A stretch of 64,000 nt of DNA from Promethearchaeota archaeon Loki_b32 (lineage in GTDB: Archaea > Asgardarchaeota > Lokiarchaeia > Sigyniarchaeales > SOKP01), in the NCBI GenBank assembly GCA_005223125.1, contig NJBH01000012.1, forward strand, positions 1 to 64,000. Direction: 5' to 3'. Position numbers and translations under genes: made by a program. The notes beneath the pieces were generated by a model that was given only the letters and a program-made list of their open reading frames with translations, ran no database searches and was not told the DNA's origin. Below are positions 39,031 to 49,489 of this stretch, in pieces; positions within the stretch are counted from its first letter, which is position 1; the number at the start of each line of letters is the position of its first letter.

Positions 39031-39228
39031 ACCAAGGTTTATTATCATCAACATACCATTTAAGTCCATTCATAAAAATTCCACTTATATATTTTATTTT
39101 CCAGATTTACATCAATTTAAAATTATTCGCTAAAATTATTAATAAATGTTTGTCCATTTCAATAAATTATTGCCATCTGGATTCAACTTTAGAGCTTCAT
39201 CAATATATCCAAGTTCCAAACAAATATC

Positions 39229-40008
39229 TTAATATTTGTCTTTTACTTCAATTGGACGCCCGGGACTACCTTGGTAATATAATTTTTCCGGTTTACCTCT
39301 CCAATTTTTATGTAGAACAGTGTTTGGATATATTACATTGTTATCTGTACTCAATGCTCCACAACCCATTATTGTTCCTGGATAAAATGTATTGTTTTTA
39401 CCCACTTTAATTTCCATCATTGTTATTTTTCCAAAAATTGTATTTACTGCATGACTTGAAAACCCGCTTGTAGGATATACAAAAGTGTTATCACCCAAAT
39501 CAGTAAATTCTAAACCAACATATGAATCATAATAAATTACATTCTTGCCAATTTTATTATGACTGATTTTACGAAGTGTACGATTAATAAGCCAAGGGAA
39601 TGGTGATTTAGATGTTAACCATATCGGAAATTTTATTATAAACCCTCGTTTGTGGTAATATTTCATCATTTTTCCTTCCTCACTGTTTGCATCATCCAGA
39701 ACTCGCCTGAATACTCCTTGTTTAGGAGGAGATTTTTTATTCCAGCTCCGAGCCCAAAATGCCGTAAACTCAATCAAAACAACAAGGTATATATAGTAAA
39801 GGATTAATAACAAAACTGGTAATGTAAATAAATGGATAATTGGAGGTATTGAGAGTAGATTAATAAAACCATATTCAAATAATAAGAAAAGACCTAAACA
39901 TACGTAAAGAGGTACTAAGAAGCTAATAAAATTAATTTTAAAGAAGTCTAAAGCAGGAAGTTCTACAGTTTTTTCCAACTTTTCTTCAAAACTTGAATCA
40001 GCTTCCAT
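39229..40008 (-). CDS. Membrane protein with left-handed beta-helix (acyltransferase-like) domain
   Basis: Two N-terminal TM segments; KIGKNV, LGDNT, VGKNN hexapeptide-like repeats; GSPGR terminus. Confidence 0.65.
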   Translation of the reverse strand: MEADSSFEEKLEKTVELPALDFFKINFISFLVPLYVCLGLFLLFEYGFINLLSIPPIIHLFTLPVLLLILYYIYLVVLIEFTAFWARSWNKKSPPKQGVFRRVLDDANSEEGKMMKYYHKRGFIIKFPIWLTSKSPFPWLINRTLRKISHNKIGKNVIYYDSYVGLEFTDLGDNTFVYPTSGFSSHAVNTIFGKITMMEIKVGKNNTFYPGTIMGCGALSTDNNVIYPNTVLHKNWRGKPEKLYYQGSPGRPIEVKDKY

Positions 40009-40073
40009 ATTATAATATTTACTGAGGAATTATAAAAAATTAATTATTTCTCATTAAAGTCATTCGACAATTA

Positions 40074-41354
40074 TTACGCTGTATGTTCCAAATCTTTAAA
40101 TTGTACTTTTTCTCTATATATTACAATCTGTTTGAAAGACATCATTAACGCTACAAATGCGAGTATTCCCATAACTGATCCAAACAATAATGGATCATTA
40201 GGCATAAATAATGTTCCTATAATGGGTCCAAAAATCTGAGCAAGACTATCCAATGTTGATGTATAACCATTTATTTTTCCTACTTCTTTTGGAGAGACAG
40301 TTTCAGTAACTTTACTCATCAAAAGACCTCTAGCACATGATACACCATAACTCGCAACAACCATTAATACTATAAATATCCACCATTCTTGATAAAAGGC
40401 ACCAAAAATCCCTACAAGAATAAATGTTATTACTAAAATAGACAATCCTAATATTTTCATCTTTTTTTCGCCCAGTAATCTCAAAGTAGTTTTAAATACT
40501 GTAAAGCGAACGATTGCTCGTGATATACCCGATATTGTTAATAATAAACTAACACCTAAAGTATCTAATCCTAAGATTAAAGCGATAAAAATGGCTAAAG
40601 TGGATACATACATAATGAAAGAGAAAGTATGAAACGCAAACTGGGTTAATAAGTATACAGCATCCTTATTATTCCATAACTTTAATTTTATTTTAATTTC
40701 TTTGTCTACTTTTTGTCTTTTAGATTTTGGCCATGATTCTTTTATAAAGAAGAATGTGATAATAATAGTTGAAAAAGAAAGACAAGCTGCAACTAAACCT
40801 GGAAGAGCAAGTGGAAAATCAGGACCAAAGATTAGAAAAACCGATAAAAACCCTCCTAATCCTGGAGCTACTAACCCTGCTAAGGTATGAGCAACTCCAA
40901 GATTTGTCATTTGAAGTCCTCTATCTCTTGGAGGAACACTGTCAGTAATGATGGCTTTTGTAATAGGGTAATTACCACCGAAAATACCATCAACAATCCG
41001 TGCTACAAAAAGCAAATTAAGAGAGTTTGAGAATGCTAAAATTAGAAAAGCTGAACATGTTCCAGCTTCAGCAATTAGAAGCATAGGTCTTCTGCCAAAT
41101 TTATCACTTAATCTTCCCCATATAGGGGCAGAAAAAAGTGTAAATACAGCATTTGTAGCAAGAAGCAATCCAATAACTAAAGGTGTAGTATTGTAAGTTT
41201 TTATCAGGGAGGGTAAATAAGGGATGATTATATAAAAACCTAAAATATCAATGAAAAGCCCAAACCATAAAGCGCTTAATTCAGGGTATTTTTTTTTAGC
41301 TGATCTACCAGAATTTTCTTTACTCTTTAAAATGTCATTAGCTTTTTGTTTCAT
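40074..41354 (-). CDS. MFS transporter (TetA/DHA1-like)
   Basis: GRLSDKFGRRP motif A, about 12 TM segments. Confidence 0.93.
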   Translation of the reverse strand: MKQKANDILKSKENSGRSAKKKYPELSALWFGLFIDILGFYIIIPYLPSLIKTYNTTPLVIGLLLATNAVFTLFSAPIWGRLSDKFGRRPMLLIAEAGTCSAFLILAFSNSLNLLFVARIVDGIFGGNYPITKAIITDSVPPRDRGLQMTNLGVAHTLAGLVAPGLGGFLSVFLIFGPDFPLALPGLVAACLSFSTIIITFFFIKESWPKSKRQKVDKEIKIKLKLWNNKDAVYLLTQFAFHTFSFIMYVSTLAIFIALILGLDTLGVSLLLTISGISRAIVRFTVFKTTLRLLGEKKMKILGLSILVITFILVGIFGAFYQEWWIFIVLMVVASYGVSCARGLLMSKVTETVSPKEVGKINGYTSTLDSLAQIFGPIIGTLFMPNDPLLFGSVMGILAFVALMMSFKQIVIYREKVQFKDLEHTA

Positions 41355-41444
41355 ATTGATGTTTAAAAAAGAATCTATATTAACTGTAAATCGGAAAATA
41401 TCGAATCCTTTTTAAAATTATTATTAATAAAAAAAAATATTGAA

Positions 41445-42293
41445 CTAGATTTTTCTTCCTTTTAAAAAATCTATCATCATTTGGTTAATTTCTGGAGCTT
41501 TTTCTTGAGGAGAAGCATGCCCTACTCCTTCAAGTACAATAAATTTGCTATTTGAAATACCTTCATGAATTTTCAGATTTACTAATTTTGGCATTTGTCG
41601 ATCTTTTTCTGCACAGATAATTAGCGTTTCAGAATTTATTAAATGTAGCCTCTCTAAGACATTATGTGTACCGAGTGCATGAGTTTGATTTCTAATATCT
41701 TGTGGAGTTGCTGGATTAGTTGTACTTTTTTTAATTAAATCTTCTGCTGAAAATAATCCGTGGAACTTCTTCTTAGGGTCTTCCTTCATTAATTTTAAAA
41801 AATTACGTGAAAATCCCATTTTTGCGGCATCAAAGAAAGTTTTAACCGGATCTTTTAATCTTGCTTCATATCTAGCAATTTGTCCATTTTTATAGAGTTC
41901 TAATCCAGATTTTTCTTCAGGCCAAGCAGCTGTAGTGTTTATTAAAATTAATTTATTAACCCTTTCAGGATATTTAATCGCAAAATGTTGAGCAATCATG
42001 CCACCCACAGACCATCCTATGATGTGCGCTTTCTCAATTTTTAAAAAGTCCATCAATCCTCTAGTATCATCAGCAAATAGTTCCATAGTGTATGGTGTAT
42101 TAGGTCTATCAGATTTTCCTGATCCTCGATTATCGAATCTTACTACTCTGAAATATTGAGATAATGGTTCAAATTGACAAATCCATTCCTCTTTAGTAAC
42201 CCCAAATCCATGGATTAAGGCAACTGGATCGCCCTCTCCTTGAACTTCATAACAAATTTTTATTCCATTAACGTCGGCAAAGAATTCAGTCAT
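41445..42293 (-). CDS. Alpha/beta hydrolase
   Basis: HGFG, DNRGSG, GWSVGG nucleophile elbow, D...GH. Confidence 0.92.
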   Translation of the reverse strand: MTEFFADVNGIKICYEVQGEGDPVALIHGFGVTKEEWICQFEPLSQYFRVVRFDNRGSGKSDRPNTPYTMELFADDTRGLMDFLKIEKAHIIGWSVGGMIAQHFAIKYPERVNKLILINTTAAWPEEKSGLELYKNGQIARYEARLKDPVKTFFDAAKMGFSRNFLKLMKEDPKKKFHGLFSAEDLIKKSTTNPATPQDIRNQTHALGTHNVLERLHLINSETLIICAEKDRQMPKLVNLKIHEGISNSKFIVLEGVGHASPQEKAPEINQMMIDFLKGRKI

Positions 42294-42399
42294 AACTATT
42301 AAAAATATGGAATGAAAATAAGTATTATCATAAATTAATTTTAAGAATTATAATGTCTTTAATTAAATACTTGAAATAAATAGAACATAGGGAAAGCTT

Positions 42400-43164
42400 A
42401 TGATAGAAAATAAAGTATTAATTCAAAGTACTACCAGAAGTGATCTTCATGGGATTCTATATATGCACAGTATAGATGCAAAAAAAACCTCAATTCTAAT
42501 AATGTGTCATGGTTTTCTGGGGGATAAATATGAATGGGGGCATTTTCCAGAATTAGCTAAAGCTTGTAATAAAGAGGGAATCGATGGACTTATTTTTGAT
42601 TTTACGGGTTCTGGAGAAAATGAAAGAGTACCTATAACATTATCCAAACAAATTGAGGATTTAGAATCAGTATATAAATGGGGGCAAAATGAAGGCTATG
42701 GCAATATTGCTGTATTGGGATTATCATTGGGAGGTCTTACAGTACTAGGAGCTAATCTACCAGGGATTAAAACATATATTTTTTGGGCACCAGTTTTATT
42801 TCTTCATACTACTGATGATCAAGCCGACTGGTTCAAGGATTTAAACAAAGGTCCAGTAGAAATTCCATCAACTATAGAGGGAAGACCTGTGATCATCGAT
42901 ATGAGTTATATGACAGATTTTGCAAAATTTCGAGTAAAAAATCATTTAAAGAAGTTGGATTACCCCGTATTAATTATACAAGGAACTTCCGATGAAACAG
43001 TACCATATGAATTAACAAGAAAAGCTTTTAATTTCATACCAAATAAGGATAAAAACAAGCTTTTAGAAATTGAAAATGCGACTCACGACATCGAAGGGGA
43101 ACATCTAAAAGAATTTATAAAGCATACAATCAATTGGTTGAAATTCTATTTAGGCGGAAATTGA
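42400..43164 (+). CDS. Alpha/beta hydrolase
   Basis: HGF, GLSLGG, QGTSD, ATH. Confidence 0.9.
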   Translation: MIENKVLIQSTTRSDLHGILYMHSIDAKKTSILIMCHGFLGDKYEWGHFPELAKACNKEGIDGLIFDFTGSGENERVPITLSKQIEDLESVYKWGQNEGYGNIAVLGLSLGGLTVLGANLPGIKTYIFWAPVLFLHTTDDQADWFKDLNKGPVEIPSTIEGRPVIIDMSYMTDFAKFRVKNHLKKLDYPVLIIQGTSDETVPYELTRKAFNFIPNKDKNKLLEIENATHDIEGEHLKEFIKHTINWLKFYLGGN

Positions 43165-44001
43165 TTTCTCTAAAAAATCTATAATTGCTTCATTAACATT
43201 GGGAGCATTTTCTAAAGGAAACCAGTGGCTTCCACTAAACATCTTCAATTTACTATTCTGTATTATCTCTTTCATTTGATTGGCTATCGATTTTGGCGTA
43301 AATCTATCTTTTTCCCCACACATTATTAAGGTTTCATTTTTAATTTCCTTTAATCGATCCAAAGTATCATGTTGTCCCATAGCATTAGCCATATTTATAA
43401 TATCTGTAGTTTTCATAGGATCAACTTTTCCCCTTTCTATAAGTTCTTCAGTAGATATGATTCCATGAAGTTTATTTTTAGGATCTTCTCTCATTGAATT
43501 CAAGAATTTACGTGTAAGCCTAAGCTTCATTTTGCTATAGAATGTTTCTATAGGATTTTTTAACATTGCTTCATATAATTCAATCTGATTCTTTTTCCAA
43601 AGCTCTAATCCACTGAGATCTCTAGACCAACTTGGTAAAGTTGCCATTAGAATTAATTTATCTACATAATCGGGGTATTTTAAACAGAAATTCATTGAAA
43701 TCATTCCACCAAAAGAATGACCTACTAAATATGCTTTTTTAATATTTAAAACATCCATTAATCCTCTGAGGTCTTCTACATACATTTCCATAGTATAGAG
43801 GTGATTAGGGCGATCGGATTTTCCAACCCCTCTTAGGTCGAAATAGATAATTTGATATCTCTTTGCTAATTCTTGAATTTGACCAATCCAAAATTCTTTA
43901 CTAGTGCCAAATCCATGAACTAAAAATACTGGTTTTCCTTTCCCATGCAATTTATAGCAGATTTTTAATCCATTAACATTTGTAAATAAATTTTCACTCA
44001 T
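43150..44001 (-). CDS. Alpha/beta hydrolase (paralog of 41445-42293)
   Basis: HGFG, DLRGVG, GHSFGG, GEKD, SH. Confidence 0.92.
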   Translation of the reverse strand: MSENLFTNVNGLKICYKLHGKGKPVFLVHGFGTSKEFWIGQIQELAKRYQIIYFDLRGVGKSDRPNHLYTMEMYVEDLRGLMDVLNIKKAYLVGHSFGGMISMNFCLKYPDYVDKLILMATLPSWSRDLSGLELWKKNQIELYEAMLKNPIETFYSKMKLRLTRKFLNSMREDPKNKLHGIISTEELIERGKVDPMKTTDIINMANAMGQHDTLDRLKEIKNETLIMCGEKDRFTPKSIANQMKEIIQNSKLKMFSGSHWFPLENAPNVNEAIIDFLEKSISA

Positions 44002-44076
44002 ATTAGTAATTCAATACTTGAAGAATTTTAAAACTACATCTTAATTGAATTTGTGAAAAAAATTCATGAAAAAAAA

Positions 44077-45120
44077 TTAAATGATACAAATTGGAAATCC
44101 ACAAAACTTACAATTTCCGTCAGAATCTAAATAAGACTCTTTAATACCTAAAATTTTTCTTTTTATGACTAATTTAGAGCATTTGGGGCAATAGGTATTA
44201 TCATAATCTGTAGTAGGTAAATTCCCAAGATATACATATTTCAATCCAACGTCCTTTGCGATATCATAAGCATTATATAGAAGTTCTAAGGGTGTTGGGT
44301 CAGAAAGTCCGTAATTTTGTGATTTATAATGAGGAAAGAATCGACTTATATGATATGGTGTAAATTCACCTAATTCATTAAAAATCCGTTTAGAGCGTTT
44401 CCTAATGATTTCATCCTCAGAATTAAATCCTTGGATTAATAATGTTGTAATCTCTACATGAACACCTAATATTTTTGCTAACTTCGCATTTCTCCATACT
44501 TTTTCTACATCAATGCCACAATATTTCTCAACCATATCAGAATCTCCTTTTATATCTATATTCATTGCATCGAGACCAGCATCTACTAAGTCTTTTAAAA
44601 CTTCTTCTGTCATATAGCCATTTGTAACATATGTATTGTATAAGCCATTCTCTTTTGCTAGTTTAAAAACTTCTAATGAATATTCAAACAATAATGTAGG
44701 TTCATTAAAAGAAATTGAGGTTCCATCACACTTTCTGTTTAGAGCAATCTCAATAAGTTTCTTAGGAGAAAGAAATTCGTCAGAGGTCGCAAACTGGCTA
44801 GCTCTAAAAGCATTTGTTTTTGAAAGATGGTGATTTTGACACCAAAAACATGCAAAATTACAGCCATAAGTCCCTGCTGTTATTGCAGTACTTCCAGGAT
44901 GAAAATGATATAGTGGTTTCTTCTCTATAGGGTTAAATGATAAAGCAGGTATCAATCCATAAACAACAGAATATATTTCTCCCTCTTTATTAGTTCGTGA
45001 TTGGCAAAATCCAGACTTTCTATTTGAAATTTTGCATTTCCTCTCACAAATGAGACATTGTGAGAAATTCTCATCAATTTTTCGCTGATGTTTAGCTCTT
45101 ATTGTGAAGTCTGAATTCAT
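44077..45120 (-). CDS. amrS: AmmeMemoRadiSam system radical SAM enzyme
   Basis: C..C.R.C N-terminus, PIEKKPLYHF, GCNFACFWCQN, C-terminal CPKC..CKFC. Confidence 0.9.
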   Translation of the reverse strand: MNSDFTIRAKHQRKIDENFSQCLICERKCKISNRKSGFCQSRTNKEGEIYSVVYGLIPALSFNPIEKKPLYHFHPGSTAITAGTYGCNFACFWCQNHHLSKTNAFRASQFATSDEFLSPKKLIEIALNRKCDGTSISFNEPTLLFEYSLEVFKLAKENGLYNTYVTNGYMTEEVLKDLVDAGLDAMNIDIKGDSDMVEKYCGIDVEKVWRNAKLAKILGVHVEITTLLIQGFNSEDEIIRKRSKRIFNELGEFTPYHISRFFPHYKSQNYGLSDPTPLELLYNAYDIAKDVGLKYVYLGNLPTTDYDNTYCPKCSKLVIKRKILGIKESYLDSDGNCKFCGFPICII

Positions 45121-45186
45121 ATGGACTCATTATTAATTTTGGCAATATCTTTTATGATTTTATTATTTTGAATTATCTACTCTTTA

Positions 45187-46548
45187 TTAACGTGTTTTCA
45201 TAAGAGGTATAATTAATCGAAAAAACCAAGAGTAAAACTTTCTAATAAATGAAATATTAAATAAAATCCTCATAAATTTTAAGAGAATTTGTCTTTTAGG
45301 TTTGAAAGTACTGAAATTCTTATCATATTTTAGATCTTTAATAAAGAAATTTTTCTTAAAAATAGAAAGCAATAGAGAATAAGATATGATTGCTATAATA
45401 TCCCAAGCACGTTTTATGTGATCTTTTGGGTAATTAAGTTTTTCTCCCATTGATAGTCTTACAACTTCAATAATATGGAAGATATCAATTTTACTTCCTA
45501 AAAGTTCCCGAGTAGCCCATAAAAAATAAATACATCCACTACAATACGAAATTAATGCTTGAGCACCGGTTTCTTCAGCTTCTCTAAACTTTTTCACTCC
45601 TTCTGAGATAATATCAAAAGGTAAAGCTATATTTTTAACCCAAGACGCTCCAGCGCCAAATCCACAGCATAAGGCGTCTTTTTTAATATGCCGCATTTCA
45701 ATAATATTGCATCCACATTTGTTTAATATCTTTCTTGGTTTGTCCCAATATTTTCCGCCTAAAACTTTAGAAAAACAATTATCATGTATAGTTACATTCA
45801 TATTAAGCTGATTAGGTAGATTTATTTCACCTGAATCGATATTTTCAATTAGCCAATCATGGAAATTTATAAGATCGCGGTTATGTTCGACTCCCATTTC
45901 TTTGGGATGAACATTGTTGAACATATATTCAACAGTATCTAATAAAGCAACAATCCTTTTTACATTCCAACCATCAAAATCTTTTTTTGTTTGATTAGCA
46001 ATTTCTTTTACAACGTCTAAATAGCCTCCTTGATATAAATAAGCTCCTCCTTCCCAGTGATCAATCAAATCTATGGGCTTAAAATATTCCAATAATTTAC
46101 TTCCTCCTATAATAAATGGAAATAAATGAGTATAACTCCCAATCAACAAAACTGTATCTTCCTGTTTAGGGACATTATACATCCATTTATGGATCCATTT
46201 TTTTTCTGTATTGGAAAGAAATAAATTGAGGAGTTGCCAGAGATTTGGTTCTTCAGTAGGGCACACAAACCTATAAAGAGGTGGTGCTCCTCTTTTTTTA
46301 TATATTTTATTCCATCTTTCAAGAATTAATTGGTAGGGATTAGCTTGATTTGGACAATATAAATTACATGAAAAACATGTATTACATTTATTTAGCACGT
46401 ACTTACTTTCTTTCCCTTTAATTAAATTTATGATTTCCTGTTTTGCTTTTTCTAAAGGTAAATGTAGAACAGGGCATAAATGAAAACATAATCCACATGA
46501 ATCGCATAAATCTTCTTTAAAAAAACGATATTTAGTATTTTGAAACAA
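45187..46548 (-). CDS. Fe-S oxidoreductase with CCG domain (HdrD/GlpC-like)
   Basis: Two CxxCxxCxxxCP motifs; HDNC, CCG, YCSGC. Confidence 0.85.
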   Translation of the reverse strand: MFQNTKYRFFKEDLCDSCGLCFHLCPVLHLPLEKAKQEIINLIKGKESKYVLNKCNTCFSCNLYCPNQANPYQLILERWNKIYKKRGAPPLYRFVCPTEEPNLWQLLNLFLSNTEKKWIHKWMYNVPKQEDTVLLIGSYTHLFPFIIGGSKLLEYFKPIDLIDHWEGGAYLYQGGYLDVVKEIANQTKKDFDGWNVKRIVALLDTVEYMFNNVHPKEMGVEHNRDLINFHDWLIENIDSGEINLPNQLNMNVTIHDNCFSKVLGGKYWDKPRKILNKCGCNIIEMRHIKKDALCCGFGAGASWVKNIALPFDIISEGVKKFREAEETGAQALISYCSGCIYFLWATRELLGSKIDIFHIIEVVRLSMGEKLNYPKDHIKRAWDIIAIISYSLLLSIFKKNFFIKDLKYDKNFSTFKPKRQILLKFMRILFNISFIRKFYSWFFRLIIPLMKTR

Positions 46549-46739
46549 AATTGTTTACCCTAGAGTTTAGTCAATCTTTATTCAGTTTTTAGTTTAATTT
46601 GTAAATTATACTACTATTTTGCTTTTTATATTCTTAAATATTATTATATTTTGAAAATTGATTGGTGATTAAATTTAAATAATTTTATCACCTTCTTTTT
46701 AACAGTTTAAAATAATAACTTAAAAATTTGCGAAATTAA

Positions 46740-47066
46740 ATGCAAGACACAGTTGGAATAATAAAAATACTAAAAGAATTTAAAGTTAGACTTCAAAATT
46801 TATATGGAGATAAATTTTCGAGCCTAATATTATATGGTTCTTATGCAAGAGGAGAATTTATTGAAGATTCAGATATAGATTTGGCAATAATTCTAAAAGG
46901 AGAGATATCTCCCTTCAAAGAAATCGATAGAATGAGTGAAATCACGTATGATCTCGTTTTAAAATATGATATTTTAATATCAATTCACCCCGTATCAGAG
47001 GAACGCTATTTATTGATGAAAACTCCATTTTTAATGAATATAAGAGAAGAAGGTATTCAAATATGA
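46740..47066 (+). CDS. MNT (minimal nucleotidyltransferase) antitoxin
   Basis: LYGSYARG....SDID motif. Confidence 0.9.
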   Translation: MQDTVGIIKILKEFKVRLQNLYGDKFSSLILYGSYARGEFIEDSDIDLAIILKGEISPFKEIDRMSEITYDLVLKYDILISIHPVSEERYLLMKTPFLMNIREEGIQI

Positions 47067-47455
47067 GTGAAATTAATATTAAACCATTAATTGAAAAAGC
47101 AAAGAAATTTATGAAAAGTGCTAAACTATTGCTCGATGTTGATGATTTTGATAGTTCGGCTTCAAGGATTTATTATGCAATGCATTACATGGTTGAAGCA
47201 TTGTTATTAACTAAAAATCTGAGAATAAAAAGCCACAGAGGATTGATTTCTATCTTCGGAAGGGAGTTTATTAAAACCAAAATTTTGCCTAAAGAAGTAG
47301 GTAGACAACTTAAAGATGCATTTGATAAAAGGCAAATTGGCGATTATGAAATATCTGTGAAGATTAATAAAAAAGATATTGAAGAACTACTAAAAATTGG
47401 ACAAAGATTCATTGAAAAACTAATGGATTATTTAGTAGAAAATAATTTCCTTTAA
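47063..47455 (+). CDS. HEPN domain protein (toxin partner)
   Basis: SRIYYAM, KSHRGL, RQIGDY; 4-bp ATGA overlap with MNT. Confidence 0.9.
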   Translation: MSEINIKPLIEKAKKFMKSAKLLLDVDDFDSSASRIYYAMHYMVEALLLTKNLRIKSHRGLISIFGREFIKTKILPKEVGRQLKDAFDKRQIGDYEISVKINKKDIEELLKIGQRFIEKLMDYLVENNFL

Positions 47456-47551
47456 ACATCATATCACCGCATTTTATTATTTCAGTATCTATAATCTAAT
47501 TCTTTTAAGAGTGAAAAATATTGGGAATTTTCCTTTTAGTTATCTGGAAAA

Positions 47552-48367
47552 TTAAGGGGCAATAATTAGAATTATAATATAAACAAGCATTAAATTACCC
47601 AAGATAATTCCAATGTCTTTTAAAGATGTCTTTCCATATAAATTAGTCCTAGGTTTTCTGTAGATATACATAATTCCCAATGGAAAAAAAACTATCGGTA
47701 TAAATATCCAATACGGCGTAATAATAAAGGAAAGTATTGCTATAAGTAATGAAACTATACACGCAATCCAAATTACTAATTGAGATGTTTTAGGTTTTAA
47801 TTTTGCTAGAGAATCTCCATCAATCATTTCATGAACCATTTGCCCTGTAAATGCTACTGCTATTATAGTTGCTAATATTAATGACTCATACAACTCCATA
47901 TAGGGAAAGATATTCATGAAATTATCCCTCGCTTTTATTTTAACCATAAAATATGGTAGAATTATATGAGAGACTCCTAAAATAATATGATTAATAATGA
48001 CAAGCTTTTTGAACATACAATAGAAAACAACCATAAATACAATTATTGCTAGGTAGAATCCTAGAATCGGATTCACTAATATATCATTCATGAAACACAT
48101 AGTTCCTAGCATAAAACTTGCGATGGCAAGAACGGCAATTTCCTTTCTGCCATATCCTTTCACTCTTTCCAGAGTTTCTTTTTCATTCGGATCTTTCATG
48201 TCAATGACATCATTGAGAGTGTTTCCCGTTATTGCATAAAAAGCAAAACCCGCTAATATCCAAATGTGAGATACTATATCATATCCGTTCAAATATATAC
48301 ATAATAAGCAAGGGATTATTACAGAAAAAATATATTCAACCCGAAGAAGTTTAAATCCCTTACTCAT
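47552..48367 (-). CDS. UbiA-family prenyltransferase
   Basis: NTLNDVIDMKD Asp-rich motif, multi-TM. Confidence 0.75.
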   Translation of the reverse strand: MSKGFKLLRVEYIFSVIIPCLLCIYLNGYDIVSHIWILAGFAFYAITGNTLNDVIDMKDPNEKETLERVKGYGRKEIAVLAIASFMLGTMCFMNDILVNPILGFYLAIIVFMVVFYCMFKKLVIINHIILGVSHIILPYFMVKIKARDNFMNIFPYMELYESLILATIIAVAFTGQMVHEMIDGDSLAKLKPKTSQLVIWIACIVSLLIAILSFIITPYWIFIPIVFFPLGIMYIYRKPRTNLYGKTSLKDIGIILGNLMLVYIIILIIAP

Positions 48368-48527
48368 GAAAATATTACCTTAAAATATTGTATTCAAAGA
48401 TATTTTTAATTATCCTTAAAATGATTTAAAATTTTAGAGAGAAAACCATAATATTATTTTGATTTATTGAATCATAAAGTAATGAAAGTTTATGGTTATT
48501 TTTTAAAGTTTAAATTCATATAATATC

Positions 48528-48935
48528 ATGCGAAAAATTATGTTTGATTATGACGAATACAATAGATGGATGAATGAAGCAGAAAATACATTCAAGTCTG
48601 CAATTGTGGATAAGGAAAATGGATTTTATAATTGGTGTTGTTTTAAGTGCCATCAAGCTTCTGAATTCGCATTAAAAGGATTACTATATGGTTTAGGATT
48701 AACTCCTTTTGGCCATTCATTGACTAAAATGACCAATGATTTAAAAGACCAAAAAATAGATATTGCATTAATATTAACTTCTTGTAAAAAACTTGATTTA
48801 CATTACATTCCTTCACGATATCCCAATGCACATCCTACAGGGTCTCCATTTGAATATCATGATAAAAATATTGCTGAAGAAGCCATAACAAATGCTAAAA
48901 AAATAATGGATCTCGTTAAAGGTATTAAAAAATGA
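48528..48935 (+). CDS. HEPN domain protein
   Basis: CFKCHQASEFALK, GHSL, YIPSRYP. Confidence 0.9.
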   Translation: MRKIMFDYDEYNRWMNEAENTFKSAIVDKENGFYNWCCFKCHQASEFALKGLLYGLGLTPFGHSLTKMTNDLKDQKIDIALILTSCKKLDLHYIPSRYPNAHPTGSPFEYHDKNIAEEAITNAKKIMDLVKGIKK

Positions 48936-49357
48936 AGAAAAACTTAAAATCCATTAATAAGGGTATTAAAAAATTTTGTCAGAATATTATTAAAGTAATG
49001 CAACCGAACTGTATAATACTCTATGGATCCTTAGCTAGGGGGGATTTTAACGAGCGAAGTGATGTTGATGTAATAGTAATATCATCAAAACTTCCTAAAA
49101 ATTATTATAAAAGAGCAGAATTGCTTTTTAATATGGTTGAGACATTAGATCCTATCGAACCTCTTGGTTTTACTCCTGATGAATTTATTAACATGATAAA
49201 AAATAGACATTGTACAAGTTTATTTGCGATGAAAGAAGGTAAAGCTTTGTATGGTAAGAAATATTTCTTATTTTTAAAGGGAATTCATGAAAAAATTATA
49301 AATCAATATAAAATAATCAAGGGACATTCATCTTGGATTCCTGAATCAATAAAATAA
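48932..49357 (+). CDS. MNT nucleotidyltransferase
   Basis: LYGSLARGD....SDVD, TPDEF; 4-bp overlap with HEPN. Confidence 0.9.
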   Translation: MKKNLKSINKGIKKFCQNIIKVMQPNCIILYGSLARGDFNERSDVDVIVISSKLPKNYYKRAELLFNMVETLDPIEPLGFTPDEFINMIKNRHCTSLFAMKEGKALYGKKYFLFLKGIHEKIINQYKIIKGHSSWIPESIK

Positions 49358-49489
49358 TAAATATTTGGTTTCCTGCAATACTGAATATAGAGACATTATC
49401 TTGTACTTTGGATAAATTGCACTTCTTTCTTTTTTTTTTCTCAACAATAAGATGTAAAATAACTACATTATGGTTTCTTTAGCAATTTT

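Noticed and set aside
39027-39410. 127-aa + strand ORF as a continuation of the truncated GDPD
   Set aside because: No GDPD C-terminal motifs (WTVN, DGIIT); mostly antisense to the LbH gene
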